From the IMG/VR virus record IMGVR_UViG_3300043772_000843: a DNA stretch of 64,000 nucleotides; one strand, given 5' to 3'. The notes under the pieces were generated by a model. The model saw only the letters and a list, made by a program, of their open reading frames with translations. It was not told the DNA's origin and ran no database searches. The stretch comes from an uncultured virus (IMG/VR IMGVR_UViG_3300043772_000843). Its lineage: Duplodnaviria > Heunggongvirae > Uroviricota > Caudoviricetes. Each line of letters opens with the position of its first letter. Position 1 is the first letter of the stretch. The translations under genes were made by a program, and so were the position numbers. Of this stretch, positions 43,501 through 52,470 are shown piece after piece.

Positions 43501-46484
43501 GCCCCTGCGTAGAACTCACCTAGGCTTGTAACGGCTGAGAAACCAATTGAGCCCATCGCAAGGTAGTCGATGCCCGAGGTAGCAGAGCCAGCGATGACAT
43601 GGCTGGTGCCTGTGCCGGTGAGCGTGACGACGTTGCCTGCTGTGCCCGTCACCGTCCATTTGCCGAAGGTCTGCGTTGTGGTGCCAAGGGCAATGGTGTG
43701 AGCTACGGTTTTGGTGCTGGCAAGTTCTGTGAATTGGTTGTTGCCGTTGATGGTGAGGGTAGATGTGCCGGTGGTGCCGCCGATGGTGAGTTTGTTGTAT
43801 GAGAGGCCGCCACCCTCGAAGGTGCGGGCAGAAGTGCTGGTGTTGGATAGGACGATGTCAGCGGTGCCTTTGTAGAAATTCACACTGGTACTACCGGACC
43901 AAACAACAGAAGTTCCCGCTAGCGTCCATGTGCCAGAGCCCATTCTAAGACGCGTACCGGCCGAAGCTGTAAAACTTGCGGCAGTCACGTTGTACGTAAC
44001 GGCATCGAACTCACCTGTATTTAGATTAAAAGAACGTGTAGCTAAAGCTATTGCCGCCGCAAGTTGCAGTTTTGATTCCGGTGATTTGTTTATTTGTATC
44101 GCGCCACCGCCCCAAGAAGCGCCATTTAAATTAATAGTCTGTGTTTTATTACCGGAAAAAGAGGAGAACGCACCGCCCGTAGTAATTGTTACAGAGGAAG
44201 AAAAAGTAAGATCGCCATAAAACTTATGATCGTCAGTTATGCCAGTGCTAAACGTCATCGCACTAGTCCGTGCCGACGCATCAAACGTTCCGATGTTCCA
44301 AACAGTATTGATCGTCACCGTCCCTGCACTACCTGTGTCATCAAACACCGCCGTGTCTTGCGCCAACGGGAAGTTGTTGATGTCAGGACTGCCTCCAGAG
44401 CTTGGTGCCCAAGCGGTAGCGCTCCAGCTCTGCGCCCCTGCAAGGTTCCAATAGACGGTCTTGGCCGCAGGGAAGGTGATGCCGCTGTTGCCGCCACAGT
44501 CGCCTGCACGGGTCGGAGAAGAGCCTGCTGCGGTGCCTGCAATGGTGATGTCGCGGAAGTCGCAGTCTGTGGCGGCTAGGGTTCCTACGGTGAGTGTGCG
44601 TGTGGTGCCGAGGGTGTCAGAGCGGACGAAGATGCGGCGGACGGCTGTGGCACCGGCGACGGTGAGGGTGCCGGTGATGGTTTGATTAGCATTAAACGAG
44701 ACTTGAACAATACTGCCCGCTGCCGCTCCAGCAGGCACCGTCAAATTGTTAAATGTATTCGCACCTAATACACTTCTGCTGTTTGCCGAAGTATCTCCTA
44801 ATGTTACGTTATAAAACGCAACCCCTGCTCCACCATTGATACTAGCAATGCTAGACGTAAAATTAAACGACGATGTGCCAGCGTTAAACGTAAGGTTTGT
44901 TGAAGTAGCAAAATTTATTGGCGTAGTACCAGCCGATGTTATCGTACTCGACCCCAATGTTATCGTTCTGACATTGCTGTTGCTGGACGACAGAGAGCCT
45001 GCGGTGACGTTGTAGTTCTTGGTGTCTAAGGTGCCGTTGGTGATGGTGAGGGTGTTACCACCGATGTTTAGCGCGTCAGCGAGTTCAACGGTGCCGCCGT
45101 AGGTGTCGACTGTGATGCCACCGGCAAATGTTTTGCCTGCGCTAGTGATGGTCTGCGTGTTTCGGCCAGAGAACGTTAGAGTAACAAAGCCTGTAACGGA
45201 AGTGCCCGAACCGTTTGTCCAGTTACCGTAACACGTTGTCCCAACGTTCATTGTAATAGTCATCGCGTTTGTTCGCGTTGACATGTTTACGCTGGATATG
45301 TGCGTTGCCAAAGCAGAATCAATCTGCACCGTAGCCGACGTATTCAACCCCGTGTTCTCGATGACAGCCGTATCCTGCGCCAACGGGAAGTTGTTTGTGC
45401 TGACACCCGCACCAGAGCTTGCAGCCCAAGCATTGGCAGACCAGTTGCCGCCAGCAGCCAAGTTCCAATACACCGTCTTCGGCGTGTCGAAGGTGATGCC
45501 TCTGCACCCACGTAGGTCGCCAACACGCGTGCCGCTGATGGGCGCGGCTGTGCCGATGACGTAGATGTCTCGGAAGTCTGCGTCGGTCAGGCTTGGGGCT
45601 GAGTTGATGGTGAGGGTTTGGGCGATGCCGTAGGTGTTTGAACGAAACCAGACTCTGCGGTTGCCTGCGGTGCCGGTGGTGGAGAGGGTGCCGTTTACGA
45701 CAACTTGCGGAGCATTAATATTTAACTGGACCACACCAGCCGTTGCCGGTCCAGCAACAGATATATTGTTGAACGTTGAACCAGATTCCGCAGAAAAAAT
45801 GCTTCTTGTATTTGCGGTCGTATTAGTATACGAAAGATTGTAAAAGGTTTGACCTCCTGAACGTACCTCAGCAGTTGTACCGCTCACATTGATTTGTGAA
45901 GTCCCGGCGTTGAACGTTAGATTTGTCGGCGTCAAAAAATCAACAGGTTGATTTGCACTAAGAGTAAGTGTAGATGAACCAAGAGTAATAGTGCGAATAT
46001 TGTTATTAGTGGAAGAAAGAGCAAATGCTGTGATGCTATAGTTTGCCGTATTAAAAGTGCCCTGAGTTACAGTAAGTGCATTACCGCCAATATTCAGCGC
46101 ATCCCCCAACGTCACAGTGATGCCTGACCCGTTGATCGTCACTGGCCCCAGCGTCTTCCCTGCCGTCGTCAACGTCCCTGTACCGTTCAACGTCAGCGTA
46201 CCGCTGTACGTCACCGTCATCCCTGCCACGAGCGTGACGCTGCCAGATACGGTGATGGCTGCACTACCCGCCAACGTCCCCGTAAACCCTGTGCAGTTGA
46301 TGGACTTGGCACCAGTGTTGCCGCTGGAGATGGTGCAGGTGCCGGTGGACAGATTCGTGAAGAACACATCATCAGCGCTGGTAGGAACGCTTGCCCCGCC
46401 GCCGCCGCCAGACGTAGTTGACCACTTGGTTCCGGCAGTGCCGTCCCAAGCTGCTGTACCACCAACCCAAAAACGATCTGCGAT
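40539..46484 (-). CDS. Giant Thr/Gly/Ser-rich repeat fibre/adhesin (~1980 aa), apparent ATC start
   Basis: Open frame extends to ATC-GCA-GAT-CGT-TTT-TGG at 46484 after AAGGAG; five ~340-aa units; C-terminal 20-21-aa repeats. Confidence 0.8.
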   Translation of the reverse strand: MADRFWVGGTAAWDGTAGTKWSTTSGGGGGASVPTSADDVFFTNLSTGTCTISSGNTGAKSINCTGFTGTLAGSAAITVSGSVTLVAGMTVTYSGTLTLNGTGTLTTAGKTLGPVTINGSGITVTLGDALNIGGNALTVTQGTFNTANYSITAFALSSTNNNIRTITLGSSTLTLSANQPVDFLTPTNLTFNAGTSQINVSGTTAEVRSGGQTFYNLSYTNTTANTRSIFSAESGSTFNNISVAGPATAGVVQLNINAPQVVVNGTLSTTGTAGNRRVWFRSNTYGIAQTLTINSAPSLTDADFRDIYVIGTAAPISGTRVGDLRGCRGITFDTPKTVYWNLAAGGNWSANAWAASSGAGVSTNNFPLAQDTAVIENTGLNTSATVQIDSALATHISSVNMSTRTNAMTITMNVGTTCYGNWTNGSGTSVTGFVTLTFSGRNTQTITSAGKTFAGGITVDTYGGTVELADALNIGGNTLTITNGTLDTKNYNVTAGSLSSSNSNVRTITLGSSTITSAGTTPINFATSTNLTFNAGTSSFNFTSSIASINGGAGVAFYNVTLGDTSANSRSVLGANTFNNLTVPAGAAAGSIVQVSFNANQTITGTLTVAGATAVRRIFVRSDTLGTTRTLTVGTLAATDCDFRDITIAGTAAGSSPTRAGDCGGNSGITFPAAKTVYWNLAGAQSWSATAWAPSSGGSPDINNFPLAQDTAVFDDTGSAGTVTINTVWNIGTFDASARTSAMTFSTGITDDHKFYGDLTFSSSVTITTGGAFSSFSGNKTQTINLNGASWGGGAIQINKSPESKLQLAAAIALATRSFNLNTGEFDAVTYNVTAASFTASAGTRLRMGSGTWTLAGTSVVWSGSTSVNFYKGTADIVLSNTSTSARTFEGGGLSYNKLTIGGTTGTSTLTINGNNQFTELASTKTVAHTIALGTTTQTFGKWTVTGTAGNVVTLTGTGTSHVIAGSATSGIDYLAMGSIGFSAVTSLGEFYAGANSTGTAAAPVYRTAPPAARTLYWVGGTGNWSDTARWDTSSGGGGGAAIPTSLDDVVFDAASNATAYTSTVNANIRCNKLTIAGPTSGNVTLAGSFSLIIHDDVTLPATGLTRTFTGALYLSGSTSGKTITTNGVTLASGIIVNGVGCEWALGSELNTGNNSFIVTNGLFDCDTYNLTANVSSDNGNSRTIDFGSGTITILGSTPLTFGTTETNAANLTVTAGTAQINCSASSPTFSGNGKTFYNVAFTSTSAGTVTINGANTFNNLSFTGITSAGLKIISVTANQTITGTFTCSAGTNATMRHFVRSDTIGTARTLTCAAVSLTDVDFRDITIAGVAAPATGTRIGDCKGNSGITFTAAANKYWNLAAGGNWGGAIGWATGSGGTPNINDFPLAQDTCFFEATGLNSGATITINQSYNIGTIDMSARTTNTMTLACSLVPDLYGNWLNGTGTTLSGVGTIFFRGRGNQTITSAGVAYAFACSVISIGGSVTLQDAFVGVRGIAVNSGIFDANGYNVTVSTATIETSVTTTRTIAVGSGTWTLGSSGTVWNATTSTNLTVTGTGTISLTSASAKTFAGGGKDYSGITLNQGGAGTLTISGNNTFANITNTYKATGATAINFGTTTQRVGSFTATGEAGRVLTLTGTSASSPATLVLTSGTVTAPDYLTITGIRAYDLNTTWYAGANSTNNGSLGWLFEASGGTTFNVSFSDTATGSDAVSASFAFNASFSDTATGADTVSAGPAFNVSFSDTATGADTVAVAASTFGAAISDTATGADAVSSTGTFNVSVSDTATSADTVAVAASTFGAAFSDTATGVDAFSATAAFSAAFSDTATGADSLLAGLSFSAAFSDTATGADAVSTIATLGVEFSDAATGADAVSAAATLNVFFSDTASGLDAPAVAASTFNASFSASAIGQDTPAVAGSTFSVSLSETGAITDVVVGGYLWNPIDDTQSANWQNVITAQSPGWVQINDAQGPNWVEIQT
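40690..41395 (-). repeat. About 11-12 tandem 60/63-bp repeats encoding FSDTATGAD(A/T)V units
   Basis: Recurring CCCGTGGC(C/G/A)GTGTCGGAGA. Confidence 0.9.
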
Positions 46485-46485
46485 T

Positions 46486-47013
46486 TTAGCTCTCCTTAAA
46501 TTTCAACGCCTTGTGCCCGTGCGTGTCTAATTGCATATGACATGGTCTGCACACAGTTCTACCATTGTCAACGGCATACCGCAACTCCGGAAAAGAGCAC
46601 CATGGTTTAATGTGGTCAGCTTCCAGATATCCACCACGAACGCTACAGATTTGACAGGTCCAGTTGTCTCTTGTAAAAACAGCTTTTCTCCAATCTCGAT
46701 ACGGAAACTGAGACATAGCTTGTTTACGCTCTGATCGCTTACCTCCACGCCAATTTGGGTGCTCCGGACCGCATACCTGATTTTTTCGCTGAATTTCTGA
46801 GATTTTTTGGCAAGTTTCGTCAGTATGTCCTCTTTTTTCTGTGGGTACCAAGTCAGGATGTCCTTTTGTAAACAACCCTTTTAGTTCTCTACCCGCAAAA
46901 AAGCAGGGCTTACTGCAAAACTTTTTCCGGCCTTTGGCAGCCCACGGCTGAACTTCAAACACCTTTTCACAGTGTTTGCAAGTCAAAGTAACTTTGGGCT
47001 TTGCCGCAGGCAT
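46486..47013 (-). mobile_element. Free-standing HNH homing endonuclease
   Basis: CKHC..FCS..C, WRKAVFTRDNWTCQIC...ADHIKPW...NGRTVC..CH; AT-richer. Confidence 0.85.
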
Positions 47014-47016
47014 CTC

Positions 47017-47292
47017 TTACACCTTGTAGTACCAGACGCCGTCGATCTCAACCAGCTTGGCTCCCGCAGGCGGAACGACCTCTAGTTTCTGATACACCTC
47101 GCCAGCAACCTCTTTGGTCGTCTCAGGCTCAGCCTCAACAGGCGGCGCAGTCACCACAGCAATCCAGTTATCTCGGCGCTGCTCCTTCATCGCCTGGATT
47201 TCAGCCTCTGTGAAGCCGTGATCATCAGGCAGATGAAGAGCATCGGCAAACTTGCCGTGAGGAGTGTCGAAGGAGAAATCGATTTTGATCAT
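47017..47292 (-). CDS. Putative fibre chaperone/accessory protein
   Basis: IDFSFDT.HG.FADAL.LPDDH...MKEQR.DNW; precedes the fibre gene. Confidence 0.6.
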   Translation of the reverse strand: MIKIDFSFDTPHGKFADALHLPDDHGFTEAEIQAMKEQRRDNWIAVVTAPPVEAEPETTKEVAGEVYQKLEVVPPAGAKLVEIDGVWYYKV

Positions 47293-47297
47293 GGCTT

Positions 47298-47326
47298 AAA
47301 AGCAAAACACCCGCCTAGACGGGTGC
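47298..47326 (-). terminator. Intrinsic terminator upstream of the fibre module
   Basis: Minus strand GCACCCG-TCTAGG-CGGGTGT followed by TTTGCTTTT. Confidence 0.6.
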
Positions 47327-47346
47327 CTTTTCAGAGTTGTTGAAGA

Positions 47347-47847
47347 TCAGGCTTCAAGGCTAAAGGTGTACTCAACATTTAGTTGATCGCCATTAGCCAC
47401 CGTTCGGTTTCCGGGAGACGAAAAATTCGAAGCAGAAAACAGTGTCGGAGTACCTGTAGCCGCCGCGCACAAGAAAGCGCCCACAACATCACCAGAGGAT
47501 GTGATTGCAAACTGCGCTTTAGATGCGGTGTTGTTGATTACCGACGGGTCTGCCGTCGTAGCAGTACCAAAGACCGCGGCTTTACGGTTGCCCGTGTAAC
47601 TAGTAAACTCAGTCCACGCTTTACTGGCTAGCGTGTCTGTTGCGGTAATTGTTGCAGGAGTAGGTCCTGTGATCAAACCAACAAACCATGCCGCAGAGTA
47701 CCCACTGCCAGTGAAGTACTTGGTATTCATGTCCTGCAACCCCTGGTTTACAACGAGGTTGTGAGACTGCGTCTCCCACTTCAGGTTGCCTTGAGGGTCG
47801 TGGCAAGTGATCTTGAAGACACCGCCCGCTCTGGATTTGTCGAACAT
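47347..47847 (-). CDS. Structural protein
   Basis: GNLKWE...NLVVNQGLQDMN..YF.GS.Y. Confidence 0.75.
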   Translation of the reverse strand: MFDKSRAGGVFKITCHDPQGNLKWETQSHNLVVNQGLQDMNTKYFTGSGYSAAWFVGLITGPTPATITATDTLASKAWTEFTSYTGNRKAAVFGTATTADPSVINNTASKAQFAITSSGDVVGAFLCAAATGTPTLFSASNFSSPGNRTVANGDQLNVEYTFSLEA

Positions 47848-47856
47848 GATGGTTTC

Positions 47857-48273
47857 CTATGCAAAGCGCAACAGCGCAGAAGCGGCTGTTGCCGCAGGGA
47901 GTTGAATGGTGAAAGTACCTGACGCCGTCTTATCCGCACCAAAGTCCAGCACCGCGATGGCGCGGTTGGCCTTGGTCTCGTTGTAGATCAGCCCGCCCCG
48001 GCAGACGAATGAGGCGTTGGTGAACACCGGGTTGTCGAAGGTGACGTAGGCCGTCGTACCGGAGAGGAGGACTTGGACATTGACGAGGGGGATACCACCC
48101 GCGATGTACCCCGCACCAGACACTTCCCCCGTGGCAGTGTAAACCGTCGTGGCTTGGCTCAGGTTTGCCGCAGCGGTGTAGAGCGCGAGCTTCAGCGTGT
48201 CAGTGTCGAGGTCATGAATACCAAGCCAAGACTCCTGCTTGAACGACGAACACATGCCTTGGAGGATTGGCAT
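47857..48273 (-). CDS. Structural protein
   Basis: MCSSFKQE...LKLALYT...GY.AGG...VLDFGADKT. Confidence 0.75.
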   Translation of the reverse strand: MPILQGMCSSFKQESWLGIHDLDTDTLKLALYTAAANLSQATTVYTATGEVSGAGYIAGGIPLVNVQVLLSGTTAYVTFDNPVFTNASFVCRGGLIYNETKANRAIAVLDFGADKTASGTFTIQLPAATAASALLRFA

Positions 48274-48908
48274 CACGCAACTCCCTCTACGAGACTGTTA
48301 CCTTTGCGTATGTTATCAATCCAAGGGATAACCTGCAAATTTTCTGGGACGTGCAGGCCCGAAACAAGCGCACCTTGCAACGGTATGATGTGGTCAACGT
48401 GCCACACAAAACCGAACATTTTTGTCCTCAATGCGGCCAGTTTATAAGCCTCTTGGATTACCCAAAGATCGTCACTACTAAGCCATTTTGGTGTCCGCAG
48501 AAGTTTTGCCGCACGCCGCTTAGCTGTATCCGCATTCTTTGCGCCAGGATGTCGTTGGCGGTGCGCAGCAGCATACTCTTTGGCTTTTTCAGGATGCGCA
48601 GTCATCCACTCCTTAACACGCAAACTCATCTTTTCGCGGTTTTGCTTTTGGTATTGACGGTCTAGTTCCCGCTTTTTAACAACAAACTCTGGGTTTTGCC
48701 GTTGTTTTACATACTGTGTTTTTGTCCATTCCCTGAGTTTTTCAGGGTTATTTTTCCTGCACTTAACCAGTGTCTCTTTAGCACACTGCACGCAAGCGCC
48801 GGAAACCCTACGAAGCCCTTCCAATTCAGGATGTTTTTTGCAGGGCGAGCCGTAACAGGTAGGAAGCCCTTTGGCTATCGCATTTTGTCGTGTTAGGCGT
48901 TCGTTCAT
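48273..48908 (-). mobile_element. Free-standing HNH homing endonuclease
   Basis: RRAAKL.RTPKW...HVDHIIPLQG..VSGLHVPENLQ....N..KGN; AT-richer. Confidence 0.85.
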
Positions 48909-49558
48909 TTGACGGGGTTCCGTACCTGACCGTTTCTAAACGTATCCCCTCTATTTTTCCCATCACCAAGGTTCTTGAGCAGCAGGAACGACTCATTGAA
49001 CTGGTTCTGGTACATCGTCATGATGTCCGCCTCTTCCTTCATGAACCGACCCGCTTCAACCATGACCGCGTTGAACAGCACCGACTCAAAGTTGTCGCCA
49101 ATCCATGACGTACCCGCAGTAGCGATGCTCTCGGGGTAGTAGAAGTAGTGCAGCTCCGCCTTGTACCCCGCCACAGGTGTCGGGCCCAGGATGAACGTCA
49201 GCTCGGTCGGCAGGTTGTACACCGGGCCGAAGAGCGCGTAGTAGCGCGGCACGCCCGTCGTCGCCGGGTTCGGGTACGACTCCCGAATGAAGTTGACGTC
49301 CTTGTTCAGCAGGAACGTGTACTCTCCGCCTGCGGCAGGAAACACCGCCATCGAGAAGACCGACAAGAAGTCGTTGGGGGCAGCGAGGTACTGGTTGCCC
49401 GCGCTCAAGTCGCCCGTGACGTTCTTGCGGAGCGCCGGGAGCTGTACGCTGTTGTAGATCTTGTCCTCGGCCAGCCTCGTCAGCGTGGCAAAGTCCGTGT
49501 CCGAGAACGTGTTCTCGACGCTATCCTCAACAGCGGTCTTGAGCTGGGTGTAGTTCAC
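48905..49558 (-). CDS. Head-tail adaptor
   Basis: MNY.QL...LPALRKNVTG...KDVNFIRE.YP...PRYYA...GPTP. Confidence 0.75.
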   Translation of the reverse strand: MNYTQLKTAVEDSVENTFSDTDFATLTRLAEDKIYNSVQLPALRKNVTGDLSAGNQYLAAPNDFLSVFSMAVFPAAGGEYTFLLNKDVNFIRESYPNPATTGVPRYYALFGPVYNLPTELTFILGPTPVAGYKAELHYFYYPESIATAGTSWIGDNFESVLFNAVMVEAGRFMKEEADIMTMYQNQFNESFLLLKNLGDGKNRGDTFRNGQVRNPVK

Positions 49559-49734
49559 GCCATCGGTCCTCGGGCCATGAAGCCCTTGGTCTGAGCCTTG
49601 CCACCCCGGACCTTGATCCCGGAGGTCTTCACCGGCGGGCAGGGGGCGGTCGACTCAGCACCGACAACAAGGCGCAAGGGAGTGCGCTCAGCGACGCCCA
49701 CAACGGGCGTAGGGACCGGCTTGGCCTTCATCAT
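49555..49734 (-). CDS. Small basic protein
   Basis: Ends SGIKVRGG.AQTKG.MARGPMA. Confidence 0.65.
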   Translation of the reverse strand: MMKAKPVPTPVVGVAERTPLRLVVGAESTAPCPPVKTSGIKVRGGKAQTKGFMARGPMA

Positions 49735-49738
49735 GGGT

Positions 49739-49912
49739 TCACCCCTTCTTGCGCCCGACCGGGCCTTGGTTGCGTGCGCGGGCCATGTTGCGGCCCATAT
49801 CCTGCGCCATTTTCGTGGTGACACCGCCCTGGGCGAGCTTCGCGCCGGGGCCGTGCGCCACACCAGCGGGCTTCTTGGCATGCGCCCGGAGGGCCTTCAT
49901 CGCGTCTTTCAT
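49739..49912 (-). CDS. Small basic protein
   Basis: AAGGAG RBS; KLAQGGVT...MGRNMARARNQ (57 aa, not in the ORF track). Confidence 0.65.
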   Translation of the reverse strand: MKDAMKALRAHAKKPAGVAHGPGAKLAQGGVTTKMAQDMGRNMARARNQGPVGRKKG

Positions 49913-49963
49913 CTTGAACTCCTTCGGGCTGCGCCCGCTTGAATGATACCGCTGACCAGCGGT

Positions 49964-51067
49964 TTAGGGAACTGGGAGGTAGTTGATGCGGACTGCTCCG
50001 CCGCCACCGCTACCCGAATTTGCAACAACACCGCCTGCGCCGACAACAACAGGATACGTAGTTCCGGGGGTGACTGTCAGGAATGTCCAGCGAAGTCCAC
50101 CACCGCCGCCACCGCCACCAGCCGACGCTGATAAACCAGAACCGCCACCACCACCGCCGTACAACGCCCCGTTCTGACCTACAGAGGTTTCTCCGCCAGA
50201 ACCCCCTCCGCCGAATCCGCCCCCTGTGCCGTTTGCGCCCTGCCCACTCAGACCTACGCCACCGCCACCAACTCCGTATGAAAGAAACGCGCCGCCGCCG
50301 CCCGCGCCGCCGCCAGTCCCTGCAACTCCGCCAAGACCAAGATAGCTGCCGCCATTTCCACCGTTACCTGCGTACCCGCCCGCCCCGCCACCGCCGCCAG
50401 AAAAAATACTTACCCTGTTACTGCCTGCACCGCCGTTACCGCCAAAGACAGTTGCGCTTAACGTAGTGCCCGTCCCTCCTGCACCGCCGCCAGTACTTGC
50501 CCCCGCGCCGCCGCCACCCGCAAAAAACGTGTCAAAACTAGACGCAACTCCCGGATTTCCAGTACCCGCAACAGGTCCGCCACTTCCTCCGCCGCCAACA
50601 CACAAGACATACACCTGCGTGACACCTACCGGAGCCGTCCAAGCGTACGTACCGGGCGTGGTAAAGAGTACGGAAGTCCACGGCGCAAAAGTCACCTGAC
50701 CAACCTGTCCTACACCAACAAGCGTATTCGGTGTCAACGGATCAGTGAAGTCTCTCGCACCGCCAATCGGAGCCCAACCCCACTGGATGACCAGCATCCC
50801 TTCGCTGACGTTGTTCAACGCGTTGACACCGGACTGGAACCAAGTGTTGGTGTCCGGACGGGGGTTGCGAATAGCCTGCGGGTCTGCAATCGGGTACATA
50901 CCCAACTGCAACTGCGGCTGATCCGGCGTCCAGCACTGCGGACAAGCTTTGATCTGTGTCTCTTTCGTCTTGACGACGAGGTTCTTCAGTCGCTTCAGGT
51001 CAAAGCGAAAGCCACAGACGTCGCAAAAGCCGAACGCCTTTCTTCCGTTTGCGAAGCGGTTAGACAT
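49964..51067 (-). CDS. Structural protein with N-terminal C4 finger and glycine-rich domain
   Basis: CDVCGF...CPQCW..DQPQL...DPQAIR.PRPD, then GGGG-rich region. Confidence 0.75.
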   Translation of the reverse strand: MSNRFANGRKAFGFCDVCGFRFDLKRLKNLVVKTKETQIKACPQCWTPDQPQLQLGMYPIADPQAIRNPRPDTNTWFQSGVNALNNVSEGMLVIQWGWAPIGGARDFTDPLTPNTLVGVGQVGQVTFAPWTSVLFTTPGTYAWTAPVGVTQVYVLCVGGGGSGGPVAGTGNPGVASSFDTFFAGGGGAGASTGGGAGGTGTTLSATVFGGNGGAGSNRVSIFSGGGGGAGGYAGNGGNGGSYLGLGGVAGTGGGAGGGGAFLSYGVGGGGVGLSGQGANGTGGGFGGGGSGGETSVGQNGALYGGGGGGSGLSASAGGGGGGGGLRWTFLTVTPGTTYPVVVGAGGVVANSGSGGGGAVRINYLPVP

Positions 51068-51073
51068 GACAAC

Positions 51074-51814
51074 TCAGGAAATGAATTGTTGCCTTGGGAC
51101 GAACCGCACTGCTGCCTTCTCGCGGTCCTCTGAACTGGCGCGGTCCCAATCAGCGTCGTACTGCTCCTTAAGGACAGGGAGACGGTCGATAGCACCGGGG
51201 ATCTTGAGGCCCAAGTAGTACGCCAAACCAGAGACCAAACACGGGAGGAAGCGGAAGGGGATGTCCTGCGTGTAACCGCCGCCTGCACCAGCGTCTTGGA
51301 CCCTTCGCAAGTACCAGTAGACGAACTGGTAGACGCCGGTCTGGTCCGGAGTGGGCCACACGGTGATGCTCGGTGAAGCCGTTGCCCCCGGCGAGTAGCT
51401 GCTGCCCGCAGGGTACGTCGCATTGGAGTTCCGGTTCACCAGTACCTGAATGGGCCGCGCCTGCTGGAGCTTGTTGGGGATGGACGAGTAGGTAGAGATC
51501 GAAATGCGCGTGATGGTCAGGTCAGCCTGCGTACTGACGTTGCCTGCACCGGTCCTGATGACGTGTTCGAGGAGGTCGACGGTGTCAGAGGGCAATGGGT
51601 AGGTGTTGACGCCTTGGGTCAGGTTGATGACCGCTTGGTTGAACGTCCACATGTTCACACCACGGTTCGCCCAGTCTGCGAACAGCAGGTTCAGCGATCT
51701 CCGCGCCGTGCGCAAGTCATAACCCGTGCGCAGCTCAGCACCACAGCGCTCGAAGGCTTCCTCGACCGCTTCGTTGAGGTCAAGGTTGAATGTTGTGGTG
51801 CCGGAGGTAGTCAC
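51074..51814 (-). CDS. Head completion/adaptor protein
   Basis: MTTSGT..FNLD..E..EEAFERCG...ARRSLNL...WANRG. Confidence 0.75.
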   Translation of the reverse strand: MTTSGTTTFNLDLNEAVEEAFERCGAELRTGYDLRTARRSLNLLFADWANRGVNMWTFNQAVINLTQGVNTYPLPSDTVDLLEHVIRTGAGNVSTQADLTITRISISTYSSIPNKLQQARPIQVLVNRNSNATYPAGSSYSPGATASPSITVWPTPDQTGVYQFVYWYLRRVQDAGAGGGYTQDIPFRFLPCLVSGLAYYLGLKIPGAIDRLPVLKEQYDADWDRASSEDREKAAVRFVPRQQFIS

Positions 51815-51990
51815 TTCTTGAACCCTTTCAGCGTCTGCGCCAGACGCGCACGCTGACCCATCTTACCGGGAGCCTTGGCGGCTGCGGCGAGTTTCTTGGC
51901 TGGGATGGGCTTGTCGCCCTTGACACCAAGGGATTTGCGCAAAGAACCCGGGGACTTTATGGCTCCTGCGATCCAATTCTTCGCCATCAT
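51811..51990 (-). CDS. Small Lys-rich protein
   Basis: NWIAGAIKSPGSLR..LG...RARLAQTL. Confidence 0.7.
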   Translation of the reverse strand: MMAKNWIAGAIKSPGSLRKSLGVKGDKPIPAKKLAAAAKAPGKMGQRARLAQTLKGFKK

Positions 51991-52223
51991 GCACTCCGTT
52001 TCTTCCCCGAAGGACTCACCGGCCAAGACTGCCTAGCAGGGCCCGTTTTGCGCTGTGCCATCGTCTTGCGCTGGGCAGTGGAGAGCTTGCTCGCGGCTTT
52101 GGCAGGGCGGCATGCGGGATAGGCGCGGGAGGACTTCTCCTCCCCTGAGCGACCGCAGGCCTTGCCCGTCTTCACGTCGACCCACTTCTCGCCAAACCAC
52201 TTGCCGAGTCCGCCCTTAGCCAC
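51987..52223 (-). CDS. Small basic protein
   Basis: LGKWFGEKWVDVKTGKACGR...YPACRP. Confidence 0.7.
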   Translation of the reverse strand: MAKGGLGKWFGEKWVDVKTGKACGRSGEEKSSRAYPACRPAKAASKLSTAQRKTMAQRKTGPARQSWPVSPSGKKRSA

Positions 52224-52470
52224 GCTTCACCCGGTTGTCAGCACCGCCCCAAGACCCACCGCGCTTCTTGTACTCCTTCGCGGCCCACGCGTTGGCGTAG
52301 GCGCTCGGGTACACGTCGAACTTGCTTTTGGCCTCAGACTTGACCTGAGACCACAAAGAGGCATTCTTGGGAGTTGATTTCGTCTCGCCGCCCTTGGCGT
52401 ATCCCGGGGCCGAAGCCCGGGACTTGATCAACTCGGGGCGGATACATCCCATGCCACGGGACGCGCGCAT
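52216..52470 (-). CDS. Small basic protein
   Basis: MRASRGMG...KFDVYPSAYANAW..KEYKKRGG. Confidence 0.7.
   Translation of the reverse strand: MRASRGMGCIRPELIKSRASAPGYAKGGETKSTPKNASLWSQVKSEAKSKFDVYPSAYANAWAAKEYKKRGGSWGGADNRVKRG

Noticed and set aside
46486..47013. Group I intron or intein explaining the missing fibre ATG
   Set aside because: The insertion is entirely HNH coding sequence with no room for a ribozyme core, and it has its own start and stop.
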